From Methyloglobulus sp. (GTDB lineage: Bacteria; Pseudomonadota; Gammaproteobacteria; Methylococcales; Methylomonadaceae): DNA of 42,782 nucleotides. The notes under the pieces were generated by a model, which was not told where the DNA came from, did not search any database, and saw nothing but the letters and a program-made list of their open reading frames with translations. Every line of letters begins with the position of its first letter. Position 1 is the first letter of the stretch. Shown here one piece after another: positions 40,794-42,782 of the stretch. Where the stretch lies: assembly GCA_009695535.1 (NCBI GenBank), contig SHZQ01000001.1:1-42782 (forward strand), in the 5' to 3' direction. The position numbers and the translations under genes are program-made.

Positions 40794-42728
40794 GTGAATG
40801 ACATGATGAAAAATATTACCCTTTGGGTTGTTATAGCCGTTGTTTTGATGTCCGTTTTTAACAATTTCGGCGTTCAAGGCGATAAGGGCGATTTAACCGG
40901 ACTCACCTACTCCCAATTTATAACAGCGGTAAAGGCTGGGCAAGTACAGGAAGTGACGATAGATGAACATATCGTCAAAGGAAAATTATTGGCTGGGCAA
41001 ACATTTAGGACTTATGCGCCAACAGATGCCCATTTGGTTGATGATTTATTGGCTAACGGTGTCGATATTAAAGCCGTTCCGCCCGAACAGCCATCTTTGC
41101 TGATGCAGTTGCTGGTATCTTTCGGCCCCATGCTATTGTTGATAGCGGTCTGGGTGTTCTTTATGCGGCAAATGCAAGGCGGCGGCGCTGGTGGTCGTGG
41201 CGCGATGAGCTTTGGCAAAAGCAAAGCAAGAATGTTGGAAGAGGATCAGATTAAAGTCACTTTTGCCGATGTCGCTGGCTGTGATGAAGCCAAAGAAGAA
41301 GTCGTCGAAATGGTCGATTTCCTTAGAGAGCCCTCTAAATATCAAAAATTGGGTGGAAAAATTCCTCGCGGCGCATTGATGATAGGACCTCCAGGTACCG
41401 GTAAAACCTTGCTTGCCAGAGCCATTGCAGGCGAAGCAAAAGTGCCATTCTTCACCATTTCAGGCTCAGATTTTGTGGAAATGTTCGTCGGTGTCGGTGC
41501 TTCCCGCGTCAGAGATATGTTCGAGCAAGCCAAAAAACACGCACCGTGTATCATCTTCATTGATGAAATCGACGCAGTAGGTCGTCAACGCGGCGCTGGC
41601 TTAGGCGGCGGCAATGACGAGCGCGAACAAACCTTAAACCAGTTGCTGGTCGAAATGGACGGCTTTGAAGGCAATGAAGGCATTATTGTTATCGCGGCGA
41701 CTAACCGTCCTGATGTTCTTGATAAGGCTTTACTGCGTCCTGGTCGTTTTGACCGTCAGGTGACGGTCGGTTTGCCCGATGTCAAAGGCAGAGAGCAGAT
41801 TCTCAATGTCCACATGAAGAAAGTGCCGACCGCGCCAGATGTTGAGGTTAAGTATATTGCCCAAGGTACACCTGGATTTTCTGGTGCTGATCTGGCAAAT
41901 TTGATTAACGAAGCCGCTTTATTTGCCGCACGATTCAACAAGCGCGTGGTCAGTATGTCCGACCTTGAAAAAGCCAAAGATAAGCTAATCATGGGAACTG
42001 AAAGACATTCTATGGTCATGGACGAAAAAGAAAAAAAGATGACTGCCTACCATGAGGCGGGTCATGCCATAGTCGGTAAGCTGGTACCTGAGCATGATCC
42101 TGTATATAAGGTCAGCATAATGCCCAGAGGACGTGCTTTGGGTGTGACTATGTTTTTGCCTGAGCGCGATCAGTACAGTGCCAGCAAGCAAAAATTGGAT
42201 AGCATGATTTCAAGCCTTTACGGAGGACGTATCGCCGAAGAATTGATATTCGGTTGGGAGCAAGTCAGCACTGGTGCGTCCAACGATATAGAGCGTGCGA
42301 CCGAATTAGCCAGAAATATGGTGACCAAATGGGGTTTATCGCAACGTTTAGGTCCGTTAGCTTATAGTGAAGAAGAAGGCGAAGTGTTTCTGGGTCGTTC
42401 GGTAACGCAACATAAAACGGTTGCGGAAGAAACTTCTCATACCATTGATGAGGAAATCCGCTGCATAATCGATAAAAACTATGAGAGGTCGGTAAAAATC
42501 CTAAAAGAAAACACCGATATTCTTCATACAATGGCTGCTGCTTTGATGAAATATGAGACTATCGACAAGTTTCAAATAGAAGACTTGATGCAGCGGAAAC
42601 CAGTAAAAGCGCCTGCAGGATGGGAGGATTTGCCGCCTCGTGGTGGGGTAGAAGTTGAAGTCGCCCCTGAAAAAAAGGACGACGTTAAACCTGAAAAACC
42701 CATCGGTGGGGCTGCCGAACAAAGCTAA
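40794..42728 (+). CDS. ftsH: ATP-dependent zinc metalloprotease FtsH
   Basis: Two TM segments, [22 protein letters not shown] and HEAGH. Confidence 0.99.
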   Translation: MNDMMKNITLWVVIAVVLMSVFNNFGVQGDKGDLTGLTYSQFITAVKAGQVQEVTIDEHIVKGKLLAGQTFRTYAPTDAHLVDDLLANGVDIKAVPPEQPSLLMQLLVSFGPMLLLIAVWVFFMRQMQGGGAGGRGAMSFGKSKARMLEEDQIKVTFADVAGCDEAKEEVVEMVDFLREPSKYQKLGGKIPRGALMIGPPGTGKTLLARAIAGEAKVPFFTISGSDFVEMFVGVGASRVRDMFEQAKKHAPCIIFIDEIDAVGRQRGAGLGGGNDEREQTLNQLLVEMDGFEGNEGIIVIAATNRPDVLDKALLRPGRFDRQVTVGLPDVKGREQILNVHMKKVPTAPDVEVKYIAQGTPGFSGADLANLINEAALFAARFNKRVVSMSDLEKAKDKLIMGTERHSMVMDEKEKKMTAYHEAGHAIVGKLVPEHDPVYKVSIMPRGRALGVTMFLPERDQYSASKQKLDSMISSLYGGRIAEELIFGWEQVSTGASNDIERATELARNMVTKWGLSQRLGPLAYSEEEGEVFLGRSVTQHKTVAEETSHTIDEEIRCIIDKNYERSVKILKENTDILHTMAAALMKYETIDKFQIEDLMQRKPVKAPAGWEDLPPRGGVEVEVAPEKKDDVKPEKPIGGAAEQS

Positions 42729-42754
42729 ACAGTAAACATTTCGAGATAATTAAG

Positions 42755-42782
42755 AAGGAGAGGCTAAGGGTCTCTCCTTTTT
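42755..42782 (+). terminator. Rho-independent terminator after ftsH
   Basis: AAGGAGAGGC-TAAGG-GTCTCTCCTT followed by Ts. Confidence 0.8.

Overview
Gammaproteobacterial chromosomal segment, probably from a methanotroph of the Methylococcales (inferred from the MxaJ/XoxJ-type protein, hrcA plus CIRCE, and a CysN with a degenerate kinase tail). The housekeeping backbone is trpS, yigZ, tusD/tusC, uvrA, ndh, a YheS-type ABC-F, cysDN, hslR, ispH, dtd, hrcA-grpE-dnaK-dnaJ-dapB, carAB-greA, yhbY, rlmE and ftsH. Accessory patches interrupt it. (1) A tripartite toxin-antitoxin-chaperone (TAC) locus at 11.4-12.8 kb has a RelE/HigB-like toxin, an XRE antitoxin and a SecB-like chaperone; the antitoxin has a frameshift plus a nonsense codon while toxin and chaperone ORFs are intact. 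(2) A structured, pseudoknot-capable 5' leader lies upstream of a DUF1097-like membrane protein and matches no riboswitch class I recognise. (3) There is a decayed outer-membrane porin gene and a decayed lipoprotein/secreted-protein pair. (4) About 3.3 kb of extra genes lie between dapB and carA (methyltransferase, Gln-rich secreted protein, HupE/UreJ pair). (5) Several REP/MITE-like elements are present. No rRNA, tRNA, CRISPR array or intact transposase was seen. All family calls come from motif recognition by eye, not from database searches.
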